Assembly: GCA_050575255.1 (NCBI GenBank)
Contig: JBNZDD010013668.1
Location: 1,462,289 to 1,526,288, forward strand
DNA from: Harriotta raleighana
Lineage: Eukaryota
DNA length: 64,000 bases
Direction: 5' to 3'
Below the pieces are notes generated by a model that saw nothing but the letters and a program-made list of their open reading frames with translations, searched no databases and was not told the origin of the DNA. The stretch's first letter is position 1. The number at the start of each line of letters is the position of its first letter. Positions 11,331 to 21,920 of this stretch are shown here, one piece after another. A program made the position numbers and the translations under genes.

Positions 11331-13551
11331 ATGAAAGATGTTGATGAACTTAAGTGGGAGCATCAGGAGGAAAAAAAAGCGTGGCTAATGGTTGGGTATA
11401 GACTTGGGTATAACTCATGTTGAAAAGGAACAAAGTAGAGAGTAAATAAAGACTGAGAAAACCTTGAGTAGGAGAATGGACCACAAATGCGCGTTAGATC
11501 AAACAATTTGAGAAGCACGTAGGTAGCCACGAACATAACAGTGGTGAAAGGTCAAAAGATGGTAACTGATAGAATTGGGGAGTGGGGGGAAGATAAAGAG
11601 GGTAAATAAAAGAATCAAATGCCTGTAGAAGAGAAATGGGAAAAAATTAGAGAGTAATGAAATGAAATAAATAAATCAATTCAAAATAACTGATGAATTA
11701 GCAATAATTGAGCAATAAAAAGTGCAAGATTATGGTAAATGGCAAAAGCTTTGTGTGGAGAAAGTGACAAACCCAGTTCTAGAGGGCTCTGTACTGGGTT
11801 CTCTAGTTCATAACACTATTTGGAAGTCACTTGGAAGATAGGACTTCTTGTAATATTAGAACATTCATTGTAACAAGCTATTGAGTATGTGAGTCAAAAA
11901 AGGAGCCATTGGTTTGACTGTGGGTTCAAATCCTTCCCAGACCAGCAGAAGTAAAGTATCTATCTAACAGTTATAAAGGCCTCCATACACTTCCTGGTGA
12001 GCAGGGAGCACCAAGCTGCCTGCAATCCAACATTAGTTATCCCTAAACTGGCACAAATTGCCATAGTAGCTATTCTTATGGGAATGAGAACGCCAATTTG
12101 TGCTGCTTTATGAGGAGTTTTATGCTGTGAAAAATGTAGTATCCCCAAATGTAAAAGTAAAGGGGTAAAAGATAAATAATAGTTCTGGCTATTACATGAG
12201 TTAGGTGCTGAGCCAGAATAGCTATGCATTGCTACCAATTAATATTAGCCTCGTAATTGGTTAAAATTCTGGACTGTTAGACAGTTATATCTAACTCATC
12301 CTGTAGTTAATATAACGTTGAGGCATTGTTTACTGGAACAGGAACCAATAGCATAATTATTTTGCTGGCCTCTAAACCCAGCCCATGTAAACTTTGACTT
12401 TAAGAGATTTTTTTTTGCCTGATAATCAGAAGCTCATTCCAACTATTGTCTCAAAGGCCATTAGGAAATACACAGTGAGTTCATTAGAGCTAATGATCTA
12501 CAAATGTGTAATGAGATTGGCTTATCTGTCTTTCTGATCTCAGAAGTCAAATTAGCATTTATGTTAAAAAAGATCAATGAAATAATAATACATTGTGCTC
12601 GAAAATTAATTCACATTGTTCCACTGCTAAAATGATTTCTTCACCGATTTGTTTGGAGGATAGAAAAGTAACATTTTTTTGCTTGAGGTAAGCTCTGGTT
12701 TAATTGGTTCAAAAATAATTTAGATCTTATTCTTAATGTGTGCAACATGCATTATTCAGCTTACATTGCGTTATTGTACATATACTTCATGTTTAATGCA
12801 CACTTTCCATGTGCTAAGTGGAATCCATGGAACTCTCAATCTGGCTTGGGTTCTCTTTGAGAATCGTAATGGGTTTTGGGTATGTGTCCTGGCTGACCCA
12901 CAAAAATTGCACGTTTTAAATGTAGGAACACACATTTAAGAAACTGAAGGACTTAACTCAAACAAACCTAGGTTAAGCAAACTCTTTAACAAGGGCACTT
13001 TTACTCTTCAATTCCATTCATTGATTACAATCAAAAACCACTAATTTAACAAAGTGGATTGAGGTATCCCTAGTACAATACCTATTGATTGCAAATAGGC
13101 ATTTCTTTCCAGTAAATAACACGGGATCTCTATTCTCCCTGGTACAATATCTATTGATTACAAGTAGGCACCACTGACTAACAAGGGCAATCTTTATTTT
13201 TCTCTCTGTGGTGAGCTACCCTTTACTTATTCAAAATCATCACTGCCTTCACCTATCAGTTACAAATAGTCATCCTTAACTGAAGAAGAAAGTACTGGGG
13301 GGAGAAGGATTTCTGATCAATAGTGGCCTATTTGTCAATTACAGACACGAGGAACTATACCAAGTCAGAATTAATAGGCTAAATTATAACAGTTCACTCA
13401 AAGAACCATTTATTGAGAAGGGGAAGGTGTAGGCCGGATCTAAATGAATGGAGTTGATTTTGATAGACTATTTACAGTGTGCCATGGGGAAAAGAGAGAT
13501 ACTGGAGAGGTCATTTGGAAGGGTGGAACCTCATGTGGAGTATACATAACA

Positions 13552-13829
13552 ATAATAATCCTTGCATTTGATATAGCACTTTTCAAGTCTTCTAGATGTC
13601 TCAAAACTCTTCATAGAATATACTGTAAAGTTAATAATATTTGTGGGCGAAACATGGCAGCCAAAACAGTCGTGAATTGAAGTGACCAATTTATTATTTT
13701 TTTTGTTGAGGGATTGTTATGTGGTATGTGAAGTAAGGAAACTTGCCCCAAGTTTTGTTCTGCCAGAAATCAAACCCAGGTCTCTCATTTGCGAGGAGAG
13801 TGGTTTTAACCACTGAGCTACGGGACTCC
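13552..13829 (-). mobile_element. Young tRNA-headed SINE, full length
   Basis: Minus strand: ggagtcccgtagctcagtggtt (A box)...gggtttgatt (B-box-like)...gcaaggattattatt tail. Confidence 0.9.
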
Positions 13830-13849
13830 ATTGTCATGGACCAATAGAG

Positions 13850-14160
13850 CCAATTACATTGGATATTATATCATGGCTATTTGGCTTATAGGAACACAGG
13901 AACAGGACCTCAAGCTTATTCTGGTATTCAATGAGAACATGGCTCTTCTGGAGTAAAAGTAAAATACATTTGACCATGTAAAGTCCATAGCCCAAAGTAG
14001 GTGCAGAGAGAAATTCCACCTGTATCTAAATTTTCTCAACTATAAAGGTATGGGGAAAGGGCAGATAAATAGAATTGAAAGAATTGCTCTTAATTTAGCT
14101 GGCACAAACATGGTGGGCTGAATGGCCTTCTGTGCTGTAAATTTCTGTGGGTTTTATGAT
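13850..14160 (+). mobile_element. Old CR1 3' fragment
   Basis: tgggctgaatggccttctgtgctgtaaatttctgtg tail, preceded by decayed ORF2-like sequence. Confidence 0.55.
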
Positions 14161-14371
14161 ACTCTATTTATGTAGCATTTTAGAATGTCAACATTTAGCA
14201 AATTGTTGCCCTTAATCATAACTTTGAAACCCGTTTAATGGTAGTGTTAAAACAAAACTTACAGAAAACTGGCTTCAAAGTTAAAGACAAGATTGAAGAA
14301 TTTACTCCAAAATATTCCCTAGAATAAATCTAGACCTGGGAAGAATTTCTCCCAAGTGGACACACAATTAA

Positions 14372-14651
14372 AGCATTTTCACATCATCTAGACATCTCAA
14401 AACAATTCACAGAATATACTGCAACATGAATTGACTGTATACTTTGTGGATGAAACACGACAGCCAAACAGTGTCCCACAAACAATCATAGATTGAAATG
14501 ACCAATTTATTATTGGGTTTTTTCTTAAGGGATTATTATCAGGTATGTGAAGTAAGTAAACAAACTTTCCCGAGCTTTTGTCCTGCCTGGAATCGAACAC
14601 AGGTCTCTCGCTTGTAAGGCGAGTGCTCTAACCAATCAGCTACAGGACTCC
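14372..14651 (-). mobile_element. Young tRNA-headed SINE
   Basis: Minus strand: ggagtcctgtagctgattggttagagcactcgccttacaagcgagagacctgtgttcgattcc. Confidence 0.9.
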
Positions 14652-14930
14652 ATGTTGCCTGGAATGAGGAAATATAGTTTTAGGGAAAGGCTTGATAGAC
14701 TGTGACTTTTTTGGGAGCCCAGAGAGTGTATAATACAATACAAAATAACATTTGTAAAGCGCTTTTCACATCATTGACTCAAGGCGCTTGAATGTCAGGG
14801 ATTAGCTATATGGTAAAGATATATAACAGAGGTACATAATGTAATGGGAGGCTTGGATAGCATGGACAGGGAAGCATTATTTCCAGTGGTGTAGAATCTG
14901 CAACTAAAGGGTATAGGTTTTAAAATCATA
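14652..14930 (+). mobile_element. CR1 ORF2 C-terminal fragment (decayed)
   Basis: atgttgcctggaatgaggaaatatagttttagggaaaggctt...ttatttccag...gggtataggttttaaaat; similar to 63480-63670. Confidence 0.65.
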
Positions 14931-15154
14931 ATTGGCAGATCGCTTTTCCGGAGGATAATAATTCCATGAAAAAAATAATAAATTGGTCACTTTTATCCAT
15001 GATTGTTTGTGGGACACTGCTGTTTGCAATAAGATGCTGTGTTTTGCCTGCAAAATATACAGTCAATTTACTTTATGGTATATTCTGTGAAGTGTTTTGA
15101 GCCATCTCAAAGCCGTGATAAGGCGCTATATCAAATACAAGGATTATTATTATT
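14930..15154 (+). mobile_element. tRNA-SINE 3' half (long variant)
   Basis: aattggcagatcgcttttcc...tgtgggacactgctg...caaggattattattatt. Confidence 0.85.
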
Positions 15155-15344
15155 CAAATGATCTTAAATACACAGTCCAGAGAGAATTAACTTGACGGAT
15201 ACTGGAAAATTGGACTCGGGATAGGATCTAGGGTCTAATCTGATGCTCAAATGCAATGCAGGGGTGGTATTGCATTGTCGGAGTTGACGCTGACTGACCC
15301 AACACTATCTCCTGCTGTGTGCTCTGTGTAATCTTGGGATCTAA

Positions 15345-15641
15345 CCCTGTAGCTCAGTGGTTAGAGCACTCACCTTATAAGCGTGAGACATGTGTTCAAA
15401 TCCAGGCAGGTCAGGGCGAAACCTTGGGCAAGTTTCTTTACTCCACACACCTTATTATGATCCCTCAAATTAAAATAAAATTCCACAACTCTTTGTGGGA
15501 CATTGTTGTGTGCAATTGGCTGCCACATTTCACCCACAAATGTACAGTCAATTCATTTGACAGTATTTTCTGTGAAGCGCTTTGAGACGTCTAGAAGTTG
15601 TGAAAAGCACTACATCAAATGCAAGGATTATTATTATTATT
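15345..15641 (+). mobile_element. Young tRNA-headed SINE, full length
   Basis: cctgtagctcagtggttagagcac...gttcaaatcc...gcaaggattattattattatt. Confidence 0.92.
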
Positions 15642-15889
15642 TCTAAAACAATGCTTGCATAATAATCATTGCGCTTGATGCACCGCCTTATTACGTCATC
15701 GAGACGTCTCAAAGTGCTTCACAGGATATACTGTAAACTGGAGTGAATGTGTTTTGTGGTGGTGAAATGCAGCAGCCAATTTATGCGCAACAGTGTATCA
15801 CAAACAGTTGTGAAGTGAGTGATTGATTTTATCTGGGGGGTAATGTCAATAGACCACCAGACTGTCTAGCTAGGTGTTAGGTTCCTTTG

Positions 15890-16443
15890 TAACCTCTCGA
15901 CTGGACTACTTCAATGCCCTCCTCGCCGGTCTGCCCTCCGCCACCATCCACAAAATCCAGCTCATTTAAAACTCTGATATCTGCATTCCCACAAGCACTA
16001 AACTTCGTAACCCGATTCCTTGGTAAACTCCATTGCTTCCTTGTCACAGAGCAGATCGACTTCAAGATCCTCACTCTTGTGTTTAAATCCCTCCACTCCT
16101 CTGCACCCCCTATCTCTCTAACCTCCTTTCTCTTCACTGCAGTTCCTGCTGCCTCCACTCTACAGGATCCAGCCTCTTCCTTTTTCCCCGAATCCTCCGC
16201 TTCACCATCGGTGGTCATGCATTCAGCCACTACGCTCTGAATCTTTGGAACTCTCTCCCTCAACCCCTTTGCCTCATCCCTTCTTTTCCCATCTTCAGGT
16301 CGTACCTGAAGACCTTTCTTTTTGACCGCGCTTAAGGTCATCTTTCTCCTCCCCTTGGTTCGGCCTTGGGCTCTGCCATTATGGAGTACTCTGAGACAGG
16401 CTCCAGCAAGGAGGGCACTATACAATTGCAAGCTGTTGTTGTT
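15890..16443 (+). mobile_element. L2 3' fragment (second tail type)
   Basis: ctggactacttcaatgccctcctc (LDYFNALL), IDFKILTLVFKSLH; tail ...gggcactatacaattgcaagctgttgttgtt. Confidence 0.85.
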
Positions 16444-16589
16444 TTGGAACCAATGTAGCTGGTATTTGAGTATACCAGTTCCTCTCTCTCTGACTTTGAC
16501 TCTCTGAACATTGTTGGAGGTGCCTTCCTTCAGATGAGACAAAGTTGAGATCCCTTCTACCTGTTCAGGGGGAGCTAAAGATCCCAAGC

Positions 16590-17000
16590 AACAACAACAA
16601 CAAAATTACATTTATAGAGCGCCTTTCATGTCAGGAGGACGTCCCAAATTGCTGAACAGTTAGGTTGGGACCCGAGCAAAGGGGGAATAACATTTATAGA
16701 GCCCGCTGAATGGAGACTATGGGCAGGCTGATAGGAAGACAGCAAGTTGGAGAGATAGGTGGGGCAAGGCTGTGAATGACCTTGAAAGTGAGGATGAGCA
16801 TCTTGAATTCGATCCTCTGGGGGATGGGGAGCCAGTGGGTGAGGGTGGGAGTGATGTGGTTGCGGAACCTAGTGCGGGAGAGTACAAGAGCTGCAGAGTT
16901 CTGAATAATCTGAAGTTTGTGAAGGAAGGAGCTGGGAAAGACGACGAGGAGAGAGTTCCTGTAGTCGATCCTGGATGTGATGATGTGAAGCAGTATTGGA
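16590..17000 (-). mobile_element. L2 3' fragment with internal deletion
   Basis: SRIDYRNSLL...LQIIQNSAA...HWLPIPQRIEFKMLILTFKVIH; (GTT)n tail on the minus strand. Confidence 0.9.
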
Positions 17001-18121
17001 AAAGGGAAGGGAGTTTCTACTAGTACCCTGATCAACAGACCTTCAAATAAAATTAACCATTCACTTCATTACTGGGTAGAAATTTGCTACCATGTTCACC
17101 TTCAATATATACAGTCACTGCACTTTTAAGTATTTCCTGCAAACTGCTTTGATACCTCCTCCTGCTGTACAATATATACCAATATATTCACCTTTAACAA
17201 ACTTCAGGTACTCCAAATTTATAATTTGTTCTAATCACTAGCATTTATTTTATACAGTACTTTAAATATCTCTAAAAATTACGTTTAGATAAACTCTCCA
17301 TTATCTTGACAAATGTACCCTAGATACTCCCTTCTTCTTGCTAATGAACCAAAAAATGAATTCCCAAATTCTCCCTTTACCAATCGCACCCATTCTCACT
17401 GTGCTAATGGGCTCCTAATGACTTCGTAATTGATGTTTAAGTGTAAATATACTTGGTTTGTCTATTGCCACATACATGTAGAGTTTTTTTTGTAGGTTGT
17501 ACACTTCTACTTTTCTCTCTCTTCCTTTGGGAGGGTGGGGAGGTAAGTGGGGTCTCAATGGAGCTGCACTAACATGCAATGAAATGTCAGAATCAAGACA
17601 ACCCTCTGTGGTGATCTCGGTAGGCTGTTCCTGAGCCAAACAAGTCCACAATCCTCCAGGGCACTGCTTGTGGTAGAACAGGCAGTCTAACTCATTTGCA
17701 GGAAGTATAAGGGCAGATCAGTCACTGAGAGCAGTGGGAGATTCTTCCCACTCAGCTCCTGTTAACTCTGTCAAAGGCCTTATGTGTCTGATAGTCCTAG
17801 CTGGACAGCAGTGGGAAGCTTGCCAGACAATGCTCTCAATGGCAAACTGCTCTGTTGGCTCATTCCCCTTAATTCCAAACTTTGGAACTTTTTAATAGTG
17901 TCTTGAATTATGGTTTCATCAACAACTGTATCCCTATACTCTGATTCTCCTTCCCCTGCCCTTCCATTTCAACTCCCATTCTCTCCAGCTGCTTTTAAAT
18001 ACCACCTCTAAAATTATCCCTTTCACTGTGCCTACAATAACTGCATCCTTGCTCAGCAACTGGCTGAATCTTACAGAATGCAGAATGCTCTAAGACATTA
18101 TCTTATGAGACGACACTGATG

Positions 18122-18470
18122 GGAGTCCTGTAGCTCAGTGGTTAAAGCACTCACCTTGCAAGCAAGAGGATCTGGGTTCAATTGCCAGGCAGGGCAAAAT
18201 GTTGGGCAAGTTTCTGAACTCTACACACCTATGTTTACCTAGCAGTAAGTAGGAACGCAGTTCTTAATCAATTGGCAGATCTCTCTTCCAGGGATAAAAA
18301 TCTCTTTAAAGTATAACATTAAAAATTTGGTCATTTAATATGCACAATTGGCTGCTGGGTTTCACTCACATAAATATAGACAATTCACTTTACAGTCTAT
18401 CTGTGAAGCGCTTTGAGATGTCTCGAAGAAGTGAAAGACGCTATATCAGATGCAAAGATTACTATTATTA
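18122..18470 (+). mobile_element. tRNA-headed SINE, long variant with extra internal segment
   Basis: Head ggagtcctgtagctcagtgg, internal tgtttacctagcagtaagtaggaac...aattggcagatc, common tail. Confidence 0.9.
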
Positions 18471-18804
18471 GTATTAGTATTATTACGATTGATAGTGTAC
18501 TAATATGTCTGAGGTGCAAGAATTATTATAATTGCTCCACCATCTGCGACCTCCTCAAACCCTACCGACCTGGATGCTCTTTTTGCTCACCAGCATTGCA
18601 ACATGTTAACCACCCTACATCACCTGAGATTTGTGGGCCCTGAGGAATTCATCTTGTCCACGTTGTTATATTGTCACTATTGAAACACAACCTTTCAAAG
18701 TGCAATAGCAGCACTGAATTATAATACAACCGCAAGCGAAGCAGAAAGAGACTTGTGTATTTGAGATAGTAAGGGATATGCTGAAAGGCCAGGAGATTGA
18801 GATT

Positions 18805-19078
18805 GGAGTCCTGTAGCTCAGTGGTTAGAGCACTCACCTTGCAAGAGAAAGACCTGCGTTCGATTCCCGACAGTGAAAATTTTCCTTAGTTCACACGCTT
18901 GATAGTAATCCCTCATGAAAAAAAACAATAACAAACTGGGCACTTCAATCCATGACTGATTGTGGGACACTGCTGTGTGCAATCGGCTGCCGCGCTTCTC
19001 CCACAGTATATCCTGTGAAGCATTTTGAGGCGTCCAGAAAGCATGAAAAGCGCTATGGCAAATGCAAGTACATTATGA
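18805..19078 (+). mobile_element. tRNA-headed SINE inserted in a CR1 3' end
   Basis: Full head and tail; the flanks (aagggatatg...gattgagatt / gatgggctgaatggcctc) read as a CR1 3' UTR. Confidence 0.88.
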
Positions 19079-20334
19079 TTAAAAGATCAAATAGACTGAT
19101 GGGCTGAATGGCCTCTTCCTATTTTCCCATGCTCCTATCTGATTGTCTGATCACAGCCTTGTTAAAGACCACAATTTTGGCTTCTAAATTAGCGAATCTT
19201 CATACATCATTTAGTCCAACACCAACTAGCTTGAGATCATTGACTCCTCACATGGTACAGTTGCTTCTAGAACCACTGACATTGTAACTGACACTTTAAA
19301 GGGAGTTTAGGGAAAGCATTGTCATTAAATCCGCAAAGTAGTAAAAATTAGGGTAACTCAGACAGTCAGAAGATGCTGGACGAATCTTATAAGTTGCACT
19401 GTATTTTCTTTACTGTGGTCCTTTTTGAACAGACATACTTAAACATGTGATTTTAGACCCAAGGAAAATCCAATTTAAACCTACTGCAGAGTTTTGCACA
19501 GGTTTTGCTGTTGAGTGGCTTTGTTAAATGTAAACCAAAAATGGCTGGAACAGCGATTGCTGGATGACAGAATCAAAACAATTTGACAAATAGTGCTATA
19601 TTCAGTGCGCGCATACGTTTCAGTGATGCTAAATCAATAAAATCCCAGCGCAGACAAAAATGTAAATGTAGTACTGTCCACTGAAACTTTCATGAAAAAT
19701 CATATGTTTCTCGATGGAAAAACATACTGCTGGAAAAAGCAATCTCAAGTGTGCTCTAGCAATGGTGCAGCTGGGAATCAGGTGGTAATCATGACAGATC
19801 AGGTGGCAGTGACTCGCACAACATGTCTAAATATCGGCATATTCGTCATTTCATTAAAGTGTAGAGGGACAAGGAAACGGAAAGCACATCATCCGCACGT
19901 AGCAAAGGCAGACGGAGCTTAATAACCCATCTATAAATCAGTAGTGCACAGCTCGATTTTATCATTTTTGGCCTTTTGATGAAAGTCGCGGTCTGGAGAC
20001 AAAATGTACACCTGAAGAATTGTTTGCAACATGTCCATTATCCTCCCAGCAAGTATTATTTAACCAGCAGTCACAATGCACATGAAGAATGTTTTATGCA
20101 TGTTAACACTGAGCTGCATATAGCGTAATAATAAAATATATAATAATCCTTCCATTTGACATAGCTCCTTGTCATGTTGTAGACTCACATGATTTTACTG
20201 TGAAGTGTAGTGACTGTATATTTTTAAGCATATAAAAGACCTTTAAGGGAACAACTATAGTTTTCAATAGTGGTGATTCCTTGTGTCTTTTTCAATAACT
20301 GGCATTACTTTCACCTACAAAATTGTCACTACTC

Positions 20335-20832
20335 TGGTCCTGGTACTCACATTTAAAGCCCTCCACAACCTTGGCCCACCCTACATCTGTGACCTCCTAT
20401 CCCCATACCAACTTACTCGCCCCCTCCATTCGGCAGGTTCTAGCCTGCTCCAAGTCCCCCTTAGATAACCATTGGCGGGCGAGCCAACCAGAGTGGCTGA
20501 AGGGCGAGCCTTCAACAACAACAACAACAACTTCAATTTATATAGCGCCCTTCACGCCGGATGGCGTCTCAGAGCGCATCAGCCACTCTGCCCCCAATCT
20601 CTGGAACTCCATCCCGAAGTCCCTTCACCTTGCCCTCTCCCTGGCCTCCTTCAAGTCTTGCCTCAAGACTCTCCTCTTCGATAGACCTATAAGCAACTCC
20701 TTATCCCCTCCCTTCTCCTCACCCCTGCCCCTCTGTCCTCAGCTCGGGTCTGAAGCAGTAACTGTCCAGCGCCTTGGGCCATCCTTCTAACATGAAAGGT
20801 GCTTTACAATTTTTTTTNNAATTTTGTTGTTG
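20335..20832 (+). mobile_element. L2 3' fragment with an internal inverted L2-tail insertion
   Basis: LVLTFKALHNLGPPYI; 20515-20578 is a reverse-oriented L2 tail. Confidence 0.88.
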
Positions 20833-21215
20833 TTATACACTTTACAGTAAATCCTGTGAAGTACTTTGAGACATTAACCCAACATGAAGGGCACTATATC
20901 AAATACAAGTAATATTCTTATTGACATTGCTGATTTTAATTTGAAATAAATTGATATAGACGCTCATAGATGTTTTATTTCGGAACATAAACAATGGAAA
21001 AGTGAATAAAAGGAAAACAGAACAAATAGATGTGTTTATAAATTAAATGGGTATTTTGTATTAAATTGTATCCTCTGCAGGAGCAATTTCTCAATTTAAA
21101 TCGAGAAGGCCACACTTTCATTTCAATTTATTTCTTGAAAAATCTATGGGGACCTTCAAACACCAAAGAAACTAAAACCTGACTAAACTGAAAGCACTCC
21201 ACTATAATAAAGATA

Positions 21216-21560
21216 ATAATCCATGCATTTGATAAAGCTGTGTGATATTTGATATTTGATATTCTCAAAGCACTTCACAGAATATACTATAAGAAGAATT
21301 GACTGTGTATTTTGTACGGGAAACACAGCAGCTAATTGTGCTCTGCAGTATCCCACAAACAATCTTGGACTGAAGTAACCAATTGATTTTTTTTAAGGTA
21401 TTATTGCACCCAAAAAAGGAACCAGCCAATCAACTGACAACCAGATTCCTACTTACTGCTTAGGTAAATAGAGGAATGTGGAGTAAGGAAACATGTCTAA
21501 TGTTTTGTCCTGCCCGGGAATCTCGCTTGAGAAGCAAGTGCTCTCAAGCTACAGGACTCC
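21216..21560 (-). mobile_element. tRNA-headed SINE, long variant
   Basis: Minus strand: ggagtcctgtagc...tatttacctaagcagtaagtaggaatc...tail. Confidence 0.8.
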
Positions 21561-21847
21561 ACAAAGTTTTCATCCTGCTGATTCCACTCTCTTTGTAAAT
21601 GGCATTGCTGAAGGGCAGCACAAATATTGTTTTGTTAGAAGCTGCCTGGCAAGCATAAGAAATTGATTATCTCCCAGTGAAACTGATACCGGACTTTAAT
21701 TTCACTTGTAAATATTTCCCGCATGTGGTTATTTAGGAGCATTGTCCTACGCCAGAATCCAGCAATTTGTTCAGCTTTACTGTGGCCTCCCAGACTGTCT
21801 ATCTTCAACCCCCATAGTCTCTGTTTAAACTCCAAGACAGTAACTCG

Positions 21848-21920
21848 CTGGAGTGAAGTGAAACCATCACCAATTTGGAAGGTGATCAGTTTCACCTTTG
21901 GCCAAAGGGGGTCACTCCAG
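21848..21920. other. Branched inverted-repeat structure (candidate structured RNA element)
   Basis: Pairs ctggagtga/tcactccag, gtgaaac/gtttcac, atcacc/ggtgat, plus the palindrome cctttggccaaagg. Confidence 0.6.

Noticed and set aside
15877-16587. 236-aa minus-strand ORF
   Set aside because: Antisense reading of a C-rich L2 3' fragment; no independent coding signal.
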